Source of the DNA: an uncultured Spirochaetaceae bacterium
GTDB lineage: Bacteria; Spirochaetota; Spirochaetia; SZUA-6; DRHE01
Direction of reading: 5' to 3'
NCBI GenBank assembly: GCA_964495755.1
Contig: CAZBXU010000003.1
Location: forward strand, 1 to 49,639
Length of the DNA stretch: 49,639 nt
Notes under the pieces: generated by a model
Seen by the model: the letters and a program-made list of their open reading frames with translations, nothing else
The model's database searches: none
What the model was told of the DNA's origin: nothing
Part shown: positions 8,430 to 17,192 of the stretch, in pieces
Layout of the letters: each line of letters starts with the position of its first letter
Numbering within the stretch: position 1 is the stretch's first letter
Program-made: the position numbers and the translations under genes

Positions 8430-9335
8430 ATGGGCAGCCTACGTTCTGCGTTACACTCACCTCTTCGGCGGGAAGATTTCTTTACAGGTATTATCTGCCT
8501 CGCTCCATCCCTGCTGGTGATCGCATTCTTCGTAGTTTTTCCAATTATCTTTTCCCTCTACCTCTCCTTTCATGAGTGGGCCATACTCACACCGGATAAA
8601 CCGTTTGTTGGGCTGAGCAACTTTGAAAGGATGTTCTCGACGCCTGAGTTCTGGCAAGCTCTGAAAAACACCTTTGTCTACACCGTGGGGGTGGTACCCT
8701 TTGGTGCCGCGGCGTCCCTCGCCCTCGCGCTGCTCTTGAACCGGACGATCCTGGGTTCAGGATTTTTCCGCACCGCCTTTTTTCTTCCGGTGATCACCTC
8801 CACGATTGCCATCGCGGTGGTTTGGTTATGGGTCTACGACGACAATATCGGGCTTCTGAATCTGATCCTGAGGGGCCTGGGTTTTCAGCCTGTGCGCTGG
8901 CTGACTTCATCGAAAACGGCTCTGCTTTCGATGATCATTATGAACGTGTGGAGAAACGCCGGCTACCACATGGTCATCTTTCTGGCAGGGCTGCAGTCGA
9001 TACCGGAGTCCCTCTATGAAGCGGCGACGATCGACGGAGTCAACACGTTTCAACGCTTTCGCTACATAACCTGGCCCCTCCTGGTGCCGACTACCGTGTT
9101 CGTGCTCATCACCAATACAATTTTTACTTTCCAGGTGTTCGGGCCTATCTATGTGATGACCGGGGGAGGGCCGGCCCGTTCGACCTCGGTAATCGTGTAC
9201 TACCTGTATCAGCGGGCCTTTGAGTTTCAGGAGATGGGATACGCCTCCGCGGTTGCCTGGATTATTTTCATCATCCTCATCGGATTGACATTGTTTCAGC
9301 TTTGGCTTTCGAGAAACAAGGAAAAGATATGGTGA
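8430..9335 (+). CDS. Carbohydrate ABC transporter permease (MalF/UgpA-like)
   Basis: Six-TM BPD_transp_1 pattern with the EAA loop SIPESLYEAATIDG. The start is uncertain: ATG 8430 has no clear Shine-Dalgarno sequence, and the tracked ORF opens at TTG 8385. Confidence 0.8.
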   Translation: MGSLRSALHSPLRREDFFTGIICLAPSLLVIAFFVVFPIIFSLYLSFHEWAILTPDKPFVGLSNFERMFSTPEFWQALKNTFVYTVGVVPFGAAASLALALLLNRTILGSGFFRTAFFLPVITSTIAIAVVWLWVYDDNIGLLNLILRGLGFQPVRWLTSSKTALLSMIIMNVWRNAGYHMVIFLAGLQSIPESLYEAATIDGVNTFQRFRYITWPLLVPTTVFVLITNTIFTFQVFGPIYVMTGGGPARSTSVIVYYLYQRAFEFQEMGYASAVAWIIFIILIGLTLFQLWLSRNKEKIW

Positions 9336-10156
9336 AAGTCCTGAAGACGGTGTTTCTCTACGCGGTTCTGGGACTGTGCGCGGCCATCTTCATTACGCCC
9401 TTCCTGTGGATGCTCCAGGCTTCTGTGAAGAACACGGCTCAGATCTTCGCTTTTCCCCCCAAGCTGCTGCCGAATCCGGTGGTCTGGAGGAACTACACCC
9501 GCGCCTGGACGGCCGTGCCGCTGGCCCGGTTTTATTTGAACAGCATCATCGTGGCCGGATCTGTTGCCTTTGCCCAGGTCGTCACCTCGGCCATGGCGGC
9601 CTACGTCTTCGCCCGGCTGAGCTTTCCCTTCAAGAATGTGATTTTCGTCTTTTTTCTTGCGATCATGATGATCCCCATCCAGGTCACCGTAATTCCCCTC
9701 TTCATAATCGTAAAAACCTTGGGTCTCATCGACAGCTACGGAGCCCTGATCTTGCCGTTCCTGGCCTATCCTTTCGGCACCTTTCTGCTTCGCCAGTTTT
9801 TTCTCACGATTCCCCGCGAGATAGAAGATGCGGCCCGGGCCGACGGCTGTCCCCGCCTGCGAATACTGGTGCAGATCATCGCTCCCCTCTCGAAGTCCGC
9901 CCTCTTTACGCTGGGAATGCTGGCATTCATGTTTATCTGGAACTCGTTTTTCTGGCCGCTGTTGGTGACCAACACCGAGAAGCATTTCACGATCCAGGTT
10001 GGTCTGGCCATGCTGCGAACTCAGCTGATCATGGAGGTGGATTGGGGGCTCCTGATGGCCGCCACGATGATTTCGATTCTCCCCGTGCTCATATTCTATA
10101 TGTTTACTCAAAAACAGATCATCAAGGGAATCACGCTGACCGGCTTGAAAATGTAA
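9329..10156 (+). CDS. Carbohydrate ABC transporter permease (MalG/UgpE-like)
   Basis: The EAA loop reads IPREIEDAARADG. The ATG at 9329 overlaps the upstream stop (ATGGTGA). Confidence 0.85.
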   Translation: MVKVLKTVFLYAVLGLCAAIFITPFLWMLQASVKNTAQIFAFPPKLLPNPVVWRNYTRAWTAVPLARFYLNSIIVAGSVAFAQVVTSAMAAYVFARLSFPFKNVIFVFFLAIMMIPIQVTVIPLFIIVKTLGLIDSYGALILPFLAYPFGTFLLRQFFLTIPREIEDAARADGCPRLRILVQIIAPLSKSALFTLGMLAFMFIWNSFFWPLLVTNTEKHFTIQVGLAMLRTQLIMEVDWGLLMAATMISILPVLIFYMFTQKQIIKGITLTGLKM

Positions 10157-10191
10157 TCCCGGAGGCCAGAGATTCCCGGAGGCAGCGAAAA

Positions 10192-10219
10192 TTGACATGC
10201 CGACGTTCATGGATATAAT
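10192..10219 (+). promoter_or_regulatory. Near-consensus sigma70 promoter in front of the binding-protein gene
   Basis: TTGACA (10192-10197), a 16-nt spacer, then TATAAT (10214-10219). An AAGGAGG follows, with the ATG at 10242. Confidence 0.6.
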
Positions 10220-10241
10220 AATGGTTTCAAGGAGGAAAAGG

Positions 10242-11555
10242 ATGAAGAAACTACTTGCATCGATACTGCTCTTTGTACTGCTGGCGGCAGGCCTGCTTAC
10301 AGCGACAGGGCAGCAGGAAGGAATCGCTCCGGGTACCGGAGCTGGACCCGTCTCAGCGTATCAGCCGGAGCAGAAGCTTACCCTGGTGTTCTGGCATTCC
10401 TACTCCGGATATCGGGGCAAGTTGTTCGACTCGATCGTAAAGGAATGGATACGCAGCAATCCAATGATCGACATCAAACTGGAGTACGGGGGCAGCCTCT
10501 GGACGATGAGGGACAAGCTGCTGACCGCCATTGCCGGCGGTTCCGCTCCGGACCTGGCGGAAATCGATTCCTACTGGACCCCCATATTTGCCGATCCGGG
10601 ATCCCTGGTCAAGCTGGAACCGTACATGGTTGCGGATGCCAAGTACAACAAGGCCGACCTGCAGAAGCCCTCACTCATGAGCACCCAGTATCTGGGGGAG
10701 AGCTACTCGATTCCGTTCAACCTGAGCACCATCGTACTGTACTACAACAAGAGCTATTACGAGGCGGCCGGGCTGGACAAAGAAACACCGCCCAAGGATT
10801 GGGACGACCTTCTGGCATTCGCGAAGAAGCTCACGGTGGACAAGAACGGTGACGGAAACCCCGACCAGCGCGGCGTGGTTTTTCCTCTCAAGGCCAATTA
10901 CGGCGCGATCTGGTACTGGCTTGCATTTTTCTGGCAGCAGGAGGGCAAGCTGTTCAACGACACTCTCAACTCAGGGGCTTTCAACAGCGATGCCGGAGTA
11001 GCGGCAACAGAGTTCTGGAAACGAATGGTGAAGGAGCAGGTCCTGTCCCTGTCCGCCGGATTCGCCGATTTCACAGCCGAATTGGCGGCAATGGAGCTGA
11101 GCTCCTCGTCCGTGCTGGGCAGTTACCGGGACAACATGGGGAACAAACGGGTGGGTCTATCCGCGCTTCCCAAGGGAAAGGTAAACGCCACGGTTACCGG
11201 CGGGGGCAATCTGGCCATGTTCTCCGACTGTCCGGATTACGAGGCGGGTTGGAGCTTCCTGAGCTGGCTCGGGAGCACCGATGTGAACAAACGCTGGGCC
11301 CTGGCGACCGGAGCCATCCCGGTACGGAAGTCGGTGCTCGAGGAATCGGAGTACAAGGACTACATGTTGATGGATCCGAAAGGAAACATCATGATCTCGA
11401 CCCTGCAGTATGCCCATATCCGGCCGAACATACCGGAGTACGGCGATGCCTCACGGATCATCGCCGTCGCGGTTGAAGACGCCCTGTTCAACGACAAGGA
11501 CCCGAAGCCTCTCCTGGACAAGGCCAAACAGGAAGTAGATCAGCTGTTCGAGTAG
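10242..11555 (+). CDS. ABC transporter extracellular sugar-binding protein (family 1)
   Basis: Signal peptide MKKLLASILLFVLLAAGLL. The length and composition are SBP_bac_1-like. It sits directly after the two permease genes. Confidence 0.8.
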   Translation: MKKLLASILLFVLLAAGLLTATGQQEGIAPGTGAGPVSAYQPEQKLTLVFWHSYSGYRGKLFDSIVKEWIRSNPMIDIKLEYGGSLWTMRDKLLTAIAGGSAPDLAEIDSYWTPIFADPGSLVKLEPYMVADAKYNKADLQKPSLMSTQYLGESYSIPFNLSTIVLYYNKSYYEAAGLDKETPPKDWDDLLAFAKKLTVDKNGDGNPDQRGVVFPLKANYGAIWYWLAFFWQQEGKLFNDTLNSGAFNSDAGVAATEFWKRMVKEQVLSLSAGFADFTAELAAMELSSSSVLGSYRDNMGNKRVGLSALPKGKVNATVTGGGNLAMFSDCPDYEAGWSFLSWLGSTDVNKRWALATGAIPVRKSVLEESEYKDYMLMDPKGNIMISTLQYAHIRPNIPEYGDASRIIAVAVEDALFNDKDPKPLLDKAKQEVDQLFE

Positions 11556-11582
11556 TAGTGGCTTAAAAGTTTGATCGAATGC

Positions 11583-11610
11583 GGGGCGGCTTATGCCGCC
11601 CCTTTGCTTG
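11583..11610 (+). terminator. Rho-independent terminator
   Basis: Stem GGGGCGGC, loop TTAT, stem GCCGCCCC, followed by TTTGCTTG. It lies 28 nt after the binding-protein stop. Confidence 0.75.
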
Positions 11611-11703
11611 TGTGTGCGCCGGGGACACCCGGTCCGGCCAAATGGCGTCTTCGCCAGGACTCCGCGTCCCCGGCGTACCCGCTTAGGCGGGAAGGTAGCA
11701 TCA

Positions 11704-12510
11704 ATGAATACAGATGCCACCCTTTTGGGGTGCACATCAATGGTGCTTTGGAAAAAGCGCATCAGCGAAGCGGTGCGGCTCGTTTCCCGCGCCGGTTTCG
11801 ACACTATCGAAATCTGGGCGGACCACCTGTTCAGAACCGAAGAAAATCCGGCGGAGATTCGGGCGATACTCGACAAAACCGGGATTCGCTGTACCGTGCA
11901 CTGTCCGATCATCGACGTGAATATCTGCTCGATGAATCGGGTGATGGCGGAGACCTCCCTTGAGCTCTACCTGCGCTCCCTTGAGCTGGCCAAGGAGTTG
12001 CACTCCCTGATCTTTGTTTTTCATGCGGGAAACTTGTTTTCCGCCTTTGATCCCCTGCCGGAATATTGGAAGAAACTGGAACGCGCTCTGCTGCGCGTGT
12101 TGGAGGCAACCAGTTCGGAGACACTCGTTGTGGTAGAGAACATGGAGGTCGACAAGCCCGAAGAAGTGGTCAAAACGGGGGAAGATCTTATCCGCCTACT
12201 GGAGCTGTGCGCTTCCTGGGAAACGGGAATTTGTTGGGATCTTACTCACCTTCTCAGCACAGAAAACAACATAGGGTTTCTTGAAACAATCCCCAGGGTT
12301 GATCACGTGCACCTGAGCGACTGTCTCTACCATGAAGGCAAGCCGGCACACAAACACCTGCGTATCGGCGAAGGAAACCTGGATCTATCCAGGCTGCTGC
12401 AACAGCCCGCCGGCAGAAAAGCCCGGATTTTATCCCTGGAAACGGTAATGATCGATCCCGGGCTCGATGATCTGATCTTGGAGCGAAAGAAGATGACAGA
12501 ACTGCTATGA
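11704..12510 (+). CDS. Sugar phosphate isomerase/epimerase (xylose-isomerase-like TIM barrel)
   Basis: AP_endonuc_2-like pattern (IEIWADHLF, VHCPI, FVFHAG, VVENM, HVHLSD). I chose the ATG at 11704 because the upstream part of the tracked ORF covers the terminator. Confidence 0.7.
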   Translation: MNTDATLLGCTSMVLWKKRISEAVRLVSRAGFDTIEIWADHLFRTEENPAEIRAILDKTGIRCTVHCPIIDVNICSMNRVMAETSLELYLRSLELAKELHSLIFVFHAGNLFSAFDPLPEYWKKLERALLRVLEATSSETLVVVENMEVDKPEEVVKTGEDLIRLLELCASWETGICWDLTHLLSTENNIGFLETIPRVDHVHLSDCLYHEGKPAHKHLRIGEGNLDLSRLLQQPAGRKARILSLETVMIDPGLDDLILERKKMTELL

Positions 12511-13406
12511 AGATTCGTTTACTCCTAGATTGGACCATGGATGCGAAACACGCGATCTTTGCCGAGGCGATTCGTAAGGGCTGCTACGCTGAAATAGGAC
12601 TGGAACTGTCGCTGGTTGAGCCGGCTTCGAAGTCCAGCGAAGCTATCGAGCTGGTTGCCTCGGGGGACGCAGAGATGGCCATCAATTATCCCCACAACAT
12701 CCTTCTCCTTCGGCCGCCGGGCTCAGATATCGTATCCGTCGGTGCCCTGGTGAAGAAAAATCCCGAGGGCCTGCTCTCGCTTTCAGCAACTGGAATCGAG
12801 AAACCGGCGGACTTGAAAGGAAAGCGGATCGGGATTGGCCCAAGCCCGGTAAGTCGGGCTCAATTTGCGGTGTTCCTTTCGGAAAACGGGTTGAACCCGG
12901 AAGATGTGGATATCGCGACGGTGGGATTCGAGGGAGAACGGCTTCTTATCGACGGAGATATCGAAGCGCTGGATGCTGTTGAATATGCAAACACTCGAAC
13001 CCGGAGGAAGGGGTATGAGGTGAACTTCATGGCTTACTCGTGTTTCGGTATCCCTGATTCGCCGTTTCTTGTTTTTGCCGCTCGCAGAGGCTGGGTCGAA
13101 AAGAACCGTGAATCAATACGGGGATTTTTAACCGCCTCGGCCGAAGGATTAGCCGGGGTCAAACGGTGGGGTCGGGATGACTGGGGCAGATACACAGCCG
13201 GAATCAAGCACAGAACGGTCGAGGAAGAGATGGAGGTGTGGGAAAGCATCCAACCGCTTATCGAAGGACAGGGACGGCTCTTCGCACACTCGATCGCTGC
13301 TTTAAACGGCTTGAAGGAAATTCTCCTGAAAAAAGGCGTGCTCCGGCAAGACATGGCCGTTGAGGATATTTTTCTGAACAGCTGTCTTCCCGACACCGCC
13401 TCGTAA
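12507..13406 (+). CDS. NMT1/THI5-like (SsuA/TauA fold) protein without signal peptide
   Basis: The N-terminus KIRLLLDWTMDAKHAIFAEAIRKGCYAEIGLELSLVEP aligns by eye with the yeast THI5 N-terminus. There is no signal peptide or lipobox. Confidence 0.65.
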   Translation: MKIRLLLDWTMDAKHAIFAEAIRKGCYAEIGLELSLVEPASKSSEAIELVASGDAEMAINYPHNILLLRPPGSDIVSVGALVKKNPEGLLSLSATGIEKPADLKGKRIGIGPSPVSRAQFAVFLSENGLNPEDVDIATVGFEGERLLIDGDIEALDAVEYANTRTRRKGYEVNFMAYSCFGIPDSPFLVFAARRGWVEKNRESIRGFLTASAEGLAGVKRWGRDDWGRYTAGIKHRTVEEEMEVWESIQPLIEGQGRLFAHSIAALNGLKEILLKKGVLRQDMAVEDIFLNSCLPDTAS

Positions 13407-13409
13407 ATT

Positions 13410-13958
13410 ATGATCGAACGCATAGAAATAGATCCTCAGGAACTGAACCTTTCTGTATACAACACGTGGAAAAAACGTTGGTTTTTGCTCACCGCGGGGG
13501 ACTACACTTCCCGGAAGTTCAACTCGATGACCGTGGCCTGGGGCGGCTTGGGTGCGATGTGGGACCGGCCTTTTGCAATGGTTGTGGTGCGTCCGAGCCG
13601 GTATACCTTCGAGTACATGGAACGTTACCCGACCTTTACACTGTGCCGGTTTCCGGAGGGGAATAAGAAGGCCCTGCTTTTTTGCGGCAGCAAATCCGGC
13701 CGGGAAGTCGACAAAATCAAAAAGTGCGGCCTCACACCGATAGCTTCCACAAAAATCGACGCTCCCGGATTTACTGAAGCTGAGCTCATCATTGAGTGTA
13801 AAAAGATCTATTCAGATGACTACAAACCGGATCGCTTTCTGGCCGAACATATTGAACGGAGCTACCGTTCCAAGAACTACCACCGGATCTATTTCGGAGA
13901 GATCGAGGCTATATGGGGTACAGCCGGCTTCAAGTCCAGCTCTCGACAGGCACTATGA
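13410..13958 (+). CDS. Flavin reductase-like (FMN-binding split barrel) family protein
   Basis: 182 aa with NSMTVAWGGLGAMWDRPFAMVVVRPSRYT, typical of the flavin_reduct domain. Confidence 0.7.
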   Translation: MIERIEIDPQELNLSVYNTWKKRWFLLTAGDYTSRKFNSMTVAWGGLGAMWDRPFAMVVVRPSRYTFEYMERYPTFTLCRFPEGNKKALLFCGSKSGREVDKIKKCGLTPIASTKIDAPGFTEAELIIECKKIYSDDYKPDRFLAEHIERSYRSKNYHRIYFGEIEAIWGTAGFKSSSRQAL

Positions 13959-14459
13959 AAGCATCATCTTCATCTTTAGGGCCGTGGTATAGGCGCTCAA
14001 ATAAATCACCACCAGCCCGATAAGAATATTCATCAGAAGAAAAACCAGCTTGGCCCGCTGCCGGCCGACCTGATCCTTTGAAGGTTTTGCCAACACCAGG
14101 CGCCGCCCCAGAGCCAGGACAATCATCAGCGCTACCAAAATATGCTTGATCATGAGCGCCAGGCTGTAGGAATTTACGGCTTGAAACAACCCTTGGAATT
14201 GGGGACTGCTCTTGGACAGCGGTATGCCGGTTACCACTAAGCCGGCGATGCTGATAAATGCCAGCGTACTCAACCTGGATTGAATGGTATCCAGCAGTTT
14301 CATCTTTTGCGGTCCCTCCAGCTGAGCACCCCGTCCCACGTTCTTCCTCACCGCCGGCAGAACAGCGGCAGCCAGCGTAATCATGCCGCCGATCCAGATG
14401 ACCGTAAAAAGATTGTGCAAAAAGCCGATCGTGACGAACACAAAAAATCTTGCCTCCAT
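13953..14459 (-). CDS. Four-helix integral membrane protein (CopD-like motif)
   Basis: 168 aa and 4 predicted TM helices. The first helix, FLHNLFTVIWIGGMI, resembles the H-x8-W-x-GG signature of CopD/HemJ-type proteins. The family call is weak. Confidence 0.55.
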   Translation of the reverse strand: MEARFFVFVTIGFLHNLFTVIWIGGMITLAAAVLPAVRKNVGRGAQLEGPQKMKLLDTIQSRLSTLAFISIAGLVVTGIPLSKSSPQFQGLFQAVNSYSLALMIKHILVALMIVLALGRRLVLAKPSKDQVGRQRAKLVFLLMNILIGLVVIYLSAYTTALKMKMMLS

Positions 14460-14552
14460 AATCTCTTCTCCTTTGCCTTTGTGAGATCATTGCCCGAATG
14501 TCTTCACTTTGATATTTTGTAACTAGAGTAACAAACTGAGCTTTCGGCGGCG

Positions 14553-14566
14553 GTAACATATGTTAC
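14553..14566. promoter_or_regulatory. GTAAC-N4-GTTAC palindrome, candidate Crp/Fnr-family operator
   Basis: GTAACATATGTTAC is perfect, and the flanks extend it to GCGGCgGTAACATATGTTACaGCCGC. It sits in the 141-bp divergent region, 35 nt upstream of the Crp/Fnr gene start. Confidence 0.45.
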
Positions 14567-14600
14567 AGCCGCTGAATGATTACTTGCGAGGTGCTCCGAG

Positions 14601-15296
14601 TTGGACCAAAAACTCATTATCAGCTTGTCAAGATGCAGACTTTTTTGCTCACTCCAAGAAACAACCTTGGCGAAGCTTCTGGATGAGCCCGGTATTCGAC
14701 GGAAGACCTATTCTCCCGGCGCTGTCATTCATCAGCAGGGAGACCCGTATAATGCTCTGGATGTGTTGATCTCGGGCAGGATCAATACCACCATGCACGA
14801 TGCCAACGGGAAAACCATGAAGTTGGAGCGGATCAGTGCCCCGGATGTTCTGGCACCGGGCTTCCTCTTTGCCGTTGACAACGCCCTCCCGGTCACAATT
14901 TCAGCGGAATCCGGGGTGATGATTCTGGAATTTCGGAAATCTGCGCTTAAAAAGATTGGAGAGCAGCATCCGGAGTTCCTTTTCGCCTATCTCGAGCAAA
15001 GCGGGAATAGAATTGTCGGCCTGGCCAAAAAGCTGCGTTTCTCACACTTCAACACGATTCGTCAGAAAGCGGCCCATTTTCTTCTGGAGGAGATGCATAC
15101 CCAACGATCAAGCGTGATCGTTCTGCTCAATACCAAGGAATTTATAGCGGAGTTCTTCGGTGTTAGCAGACCTGCTCTATCCCGGGTGCTGTCCGAGCTT
15201 TGCAGGGAAGGGATTATTCGACAACAGGGGAGAACCGTGACAATTTGTAACGAGCAGATACTTAGAGAGCTCGTCGATTCTTCAACGCTGAAATAA
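14601..15296 (+). CDS. Crp/Fnr family transcriptional regulator
   Basis: It has a cNMP-binding-like beta-roll and a C-terminal helix-turn-helix (FIAEFFGVSRPALSRVLSELCREGII). It uses a TTG start. Confidence 0.85.
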   Translation: MDQKLIISLSRCRLFCSLQETTLAKLLDEPGIRRKTYSPGAVIHQQGDPYNALDVLISGRINTTMHDANGKTMKLERISAPDVLAPGFLFAVDNALPVTISAESGVMILEFRKSALKKIGEQHPEFLFAYLEQSGNRIVGLAKKLRFSHFNTIRQKAAHFLLEEMHTQRSSVIVLLNTKEFIAEFFGVSRPALSRVLSELCREGIIRQQGRTVTICNEQILRELVDSSTLK

Positions 15297-15423
15297 GATA
15301 GTCCCCGCCGATGCTCACGGATCAGGGGCAAGAAGGTGAAGGGGATGTTTGGAGAATTGGAATAGAGGGACAGGGCGAACTTGAATGTCGCCCGCCCCTC
15401 CAGTTGTCGTGATTCTGCCCGGC

Positions 15424-15939
15424 TTATTTGCCTAGTTTCTTCGACACATAGTCGAAGAAGGCGGCGAAGTCTTTTCCGATAGTCTTCGTGGCATCGGTCA
15501 TCGGGTTGAAGGGTCCTCCCGCAACGTAGGAGGTGATCTGGCCGCCTCCGGTCCCGGTGCTCTGGGTTGTCGCCTCGGTTTCACGAGACTCCATCCTGGC
15601 GATTGCCAGTTGATCTACCTCCATGAGCTGGTCCGGGCTCAGCACCTCATCCTCGAGATAGACGAGCATTTCCTCAGCATCATCGGGCTCCACCCGCTGC
15701 ATAGCCTTCAGCTCGCCCATGGACTCGTACACCTCCTCGAGCTGATCCTGAGAGAGGGCCAGCTTGAGCGATTCCTTCTCGATGGTGAACAGGAAACCGA
15801 AGAAGCGGCCTAAATCGAAGACCACGACTGTTTCCTCCTTGGCCGCCAGCACGGCGGGATCATCTGGGGAAGTCTGCGCCGCCGCCAGAAAGGGCAGAAG
15901 CATCAGTGCCAGTAACGATATAACAACAATTTTTTTCAT
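15424..15939 (-). CDS. Secreted hypothetical protein
   Basis: 171 aa with Sec signal peptide MKKIVVISLLALMLLPFLAAAQ. The middle is acidic and a Gly/Thr-rich linker follows. An AGGAGAAACGAATC ribosome-binding site lies 25 nt after the permease stop. Confidence 0.65.
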   Translation of the reverse strand: MKKIVVISLLALMLLPFLAAAQTSPDDPAVLAAKEETVVVFDLGRFFGFLFTIEKESLKLALSQDQLEEVYESMGELKAMQRVEPDDAEEMLVYLEDEVLSPDQLMEVDQLAIARMESRETEATTQSTGTGGGQITSYVAGGPFNPMTDATKTIGKDFAAFFDYVSKKLGK

Positions 15940-15964
15940 GATTCGTTTCTCCTGATAATGAAAT

Positions 15965-17192
15965 TTACTCGTATCGCAAGGCCTCGATGGGGTCGAGTCG
16001 CGACGCCCTGAAGGCCGGATATCCTCCGAAAAACAGACCGGTGACCACGGCGAAGCCGAAAGCCAGAAATATGGAATCTATGGACACCACCGAAGCCATG
16101 CCGCCGAAACGGGACGCCCCCCAGGACACAAGTACGCCCAGGAGGATCCCGATCAGCCCGCCTCCCACCGAGAGGATGATCGCCTCCGTTAGGAACTGGC
16201 TCAGGATGTCCTTGGGCTTCGCCCCCAGGGCCATGCGCACACCGATCTCCCGGGTACGCTCGGTCACGGAAACCAACATGATGTTCATGATGCCGATTCC
16301 TCCCACGATCAGGCTGATGGCGGCGATGCTGCCTAAAAGAAGGGTGAAGGTTCCGGTAACCCCTTGAACCGTGCTGAGCAGATCGAGCTGGTTGGCTACG
16401 TAGAAATCGGCGGTATCCATATTGGGGAGCCGGTGCAGCTTGAGAAGCTCATCCTCGATGATGCGTTGCAGGTCCCGCATCAGGTCCAGGTCCGCGGCCT
16501 GGATGTTGACCATGGCGTAGTTGCTCGAGCCGGTGATGTAGCGCTGAAATGCACTGACGGGAATGAAGATCTGGGTGTCCTGGGTGGATGAGCCTTTTTC
16601 CTCCATCACCCCTAAAATCCGAAAACCGATGCCGTTGATGCGGATCTTCTGTCCCAGAGGATCGCTCCCCTCTTCGAACAGATCCTTGTAGACCTGGGCG
16701 CCGATAACGGCCATGGTCTTTCGGGTTTTCAGATCCAGATCGCTGAAAAAATCTCCGTAGATCGGGTAGAAGTTTCGTATGCTCGGATACTCTATCCCGG
16801 TACCTACGACCGTGGCCGGAGTGTTCCTGTTTTCGTACTTGATCTGACCGGTGGCTGAACTTTCAGGGGTGGCCAGCACCACCAGATTTTCAGGAAGACT
16901 TCGGATGAACTCGAGATCTTTCTCCGTCAAAGCGGGTACGATGCTGGTCGTGCTCCGCCGCACAAGGCTCGAACCGCGGGGCTGGCCCGAGTACACGATC
17001 AGCAGATTGGAGCCCAGGGACTGCAGGCTGGCTTCAACCGAAACCTGGGCCCCGTTTCCCAGGGCCACCAGAGCTATCACGGCGGCCACCCCTGATCATG
17101 ACACCCAGGGCGGTGAGAAAAGCCCGTGCCTTGTTGGAGGCGATGCTGCGCAGTGACATGGCCAGAGCCTCCCGGAACTTGAACAACTTCAT
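15965..17192 (-). pseudogene. MacB/FtsX-type ABC transporter permease with an apparent 1-nt frameshift in TM1
   Basis: The ATG at 17192 (an ATGA overlap with the ATPase stop) gives MKLFKFREALAMSLRSIASNKARAFLTALGVMI. The frame then slips at the run 17089-17092. The rest (VAAVIALVALGNGAQ... through the FtsX domain) is ORF 15965-17089. Confidence 0.75.

Noticed and set aside
9296-10210. 304-aa minus-strand ORF, and a 280-aa plus-strand ORF at 9376-10218, both overlapping the second sugar permease gene.
   Set aside because: The translations are Arg/Gly/His/Pro/Gln-rich low-complexity text with no motifs. They lie opposite or out of frame to a permease with a clear EAA loop. These are typical shadow ORFs of high-GC coding DNA.
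15373-15393. Hairpin GGGCGA-N9-TCGCCC in the convergent gap between the Crp/Fnr gene and the secreted-protein gene.
   Set aside because: The stem is only 6 bp, the loop is 9 nt, and there is no flanking T/A-tract. That is too weak to call a terminator.
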